DNA of 49,481 nucleotides from a bacterium (GTDB lineage Bacteria; Margulisbacteria; Marinamargulisbacteria; SXXA01; JAHFDB01): NCBI GenBank assembly GCA_023249195.1, contig JAHFDB010000006.1, positions 1 to 49,481 of the forward strand, read 5' to 3'. Shown piece by piece: positions 49,427 to 49,481 of this stretch (position 1 is its first letter; each line of letters starts with the position of its first letter). The notes under the pieces were generated by a model. It saw only the letters and a program-made list of their open reading frames with translations, ran no database searches and was not told where the DNA came from. The position numbers and the translations under genes were made by a program.

Positions 49427-49481
49427 AATGAAGTCATCGGTCCAGAACGGCGAAGCCGCCCCTGAAAGGGGTCGAAGATTC
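49361..49481. mobile_element. Probable terminus of an IS30-family-like insertion sequence, running off the window
   Basis: CCCGTCTTCAAGGACGAAGTGCAACA matches the ..TCAA-N4-GAAGTGCAACA pattern I recall for IS30-family (IS1086-like) inverted repeats; GC-richer, hairpin-dense sequence follows; no transposase visible. Confidence 0.55.

Noticed and set aside
49350-49481. Group II intron 5' end as explanation for the structured terminal sequence
   Set aside because: There is no GTGYG at the junction, and the IS30-like repeat explains the boundary better; it cannot be fully excluded at the window edge.
1-49481. tRNA, rRNA, CRISPR arrays, prophage genes
   Set aside because: None were recognised by eye and intergenic gaps are short; a covariance-model scan would be needed to exclude small RNAs.

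Overview
AT-rich bacterial chromosome segment densely packed with about 50 mostly housekeeping genes: folE/PTPS, acs, pckA, DAHP synthase, thiGH, gshAB, trmB, tsaC, FabL-like SDR, pdxJ, sugar-nucleotide genes, amrAB, MntR, glutaminase, two PPIases and an ABC-F protein. I recognised no rRNA, tRNA or CRISPR array. The gene mix suggests a diderm candidate-phylum bacterium (Margulisbacteria-like is my guess, not demonstrable here). The most striking signal is a possible co-regulated set of host-directed proteins. An exact bipartite motif TGAAAT-N17-CGATAA, resembling a sigma28/FliA promoter, lies upstream of three dispersed minus-strand orphan genes: (i) an 832-aa highly divergent glutaminase-fold protein whose Ser-rich N-terminus carries a WH2/beta-thymosin-like actin-binding motif, (ii) an FCP1/SCP(NIF)-type HAD phosphatase with a nucleoplasmin-like bipartite NLS, and (iii) a small beta-barrel gene heading a hemerythrin-Fur-acs run. 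The window ends in a probable IS30-family terminus that interrupts a membrane-protein gene. All calls come from reading motifs by eye; no database searches were run.
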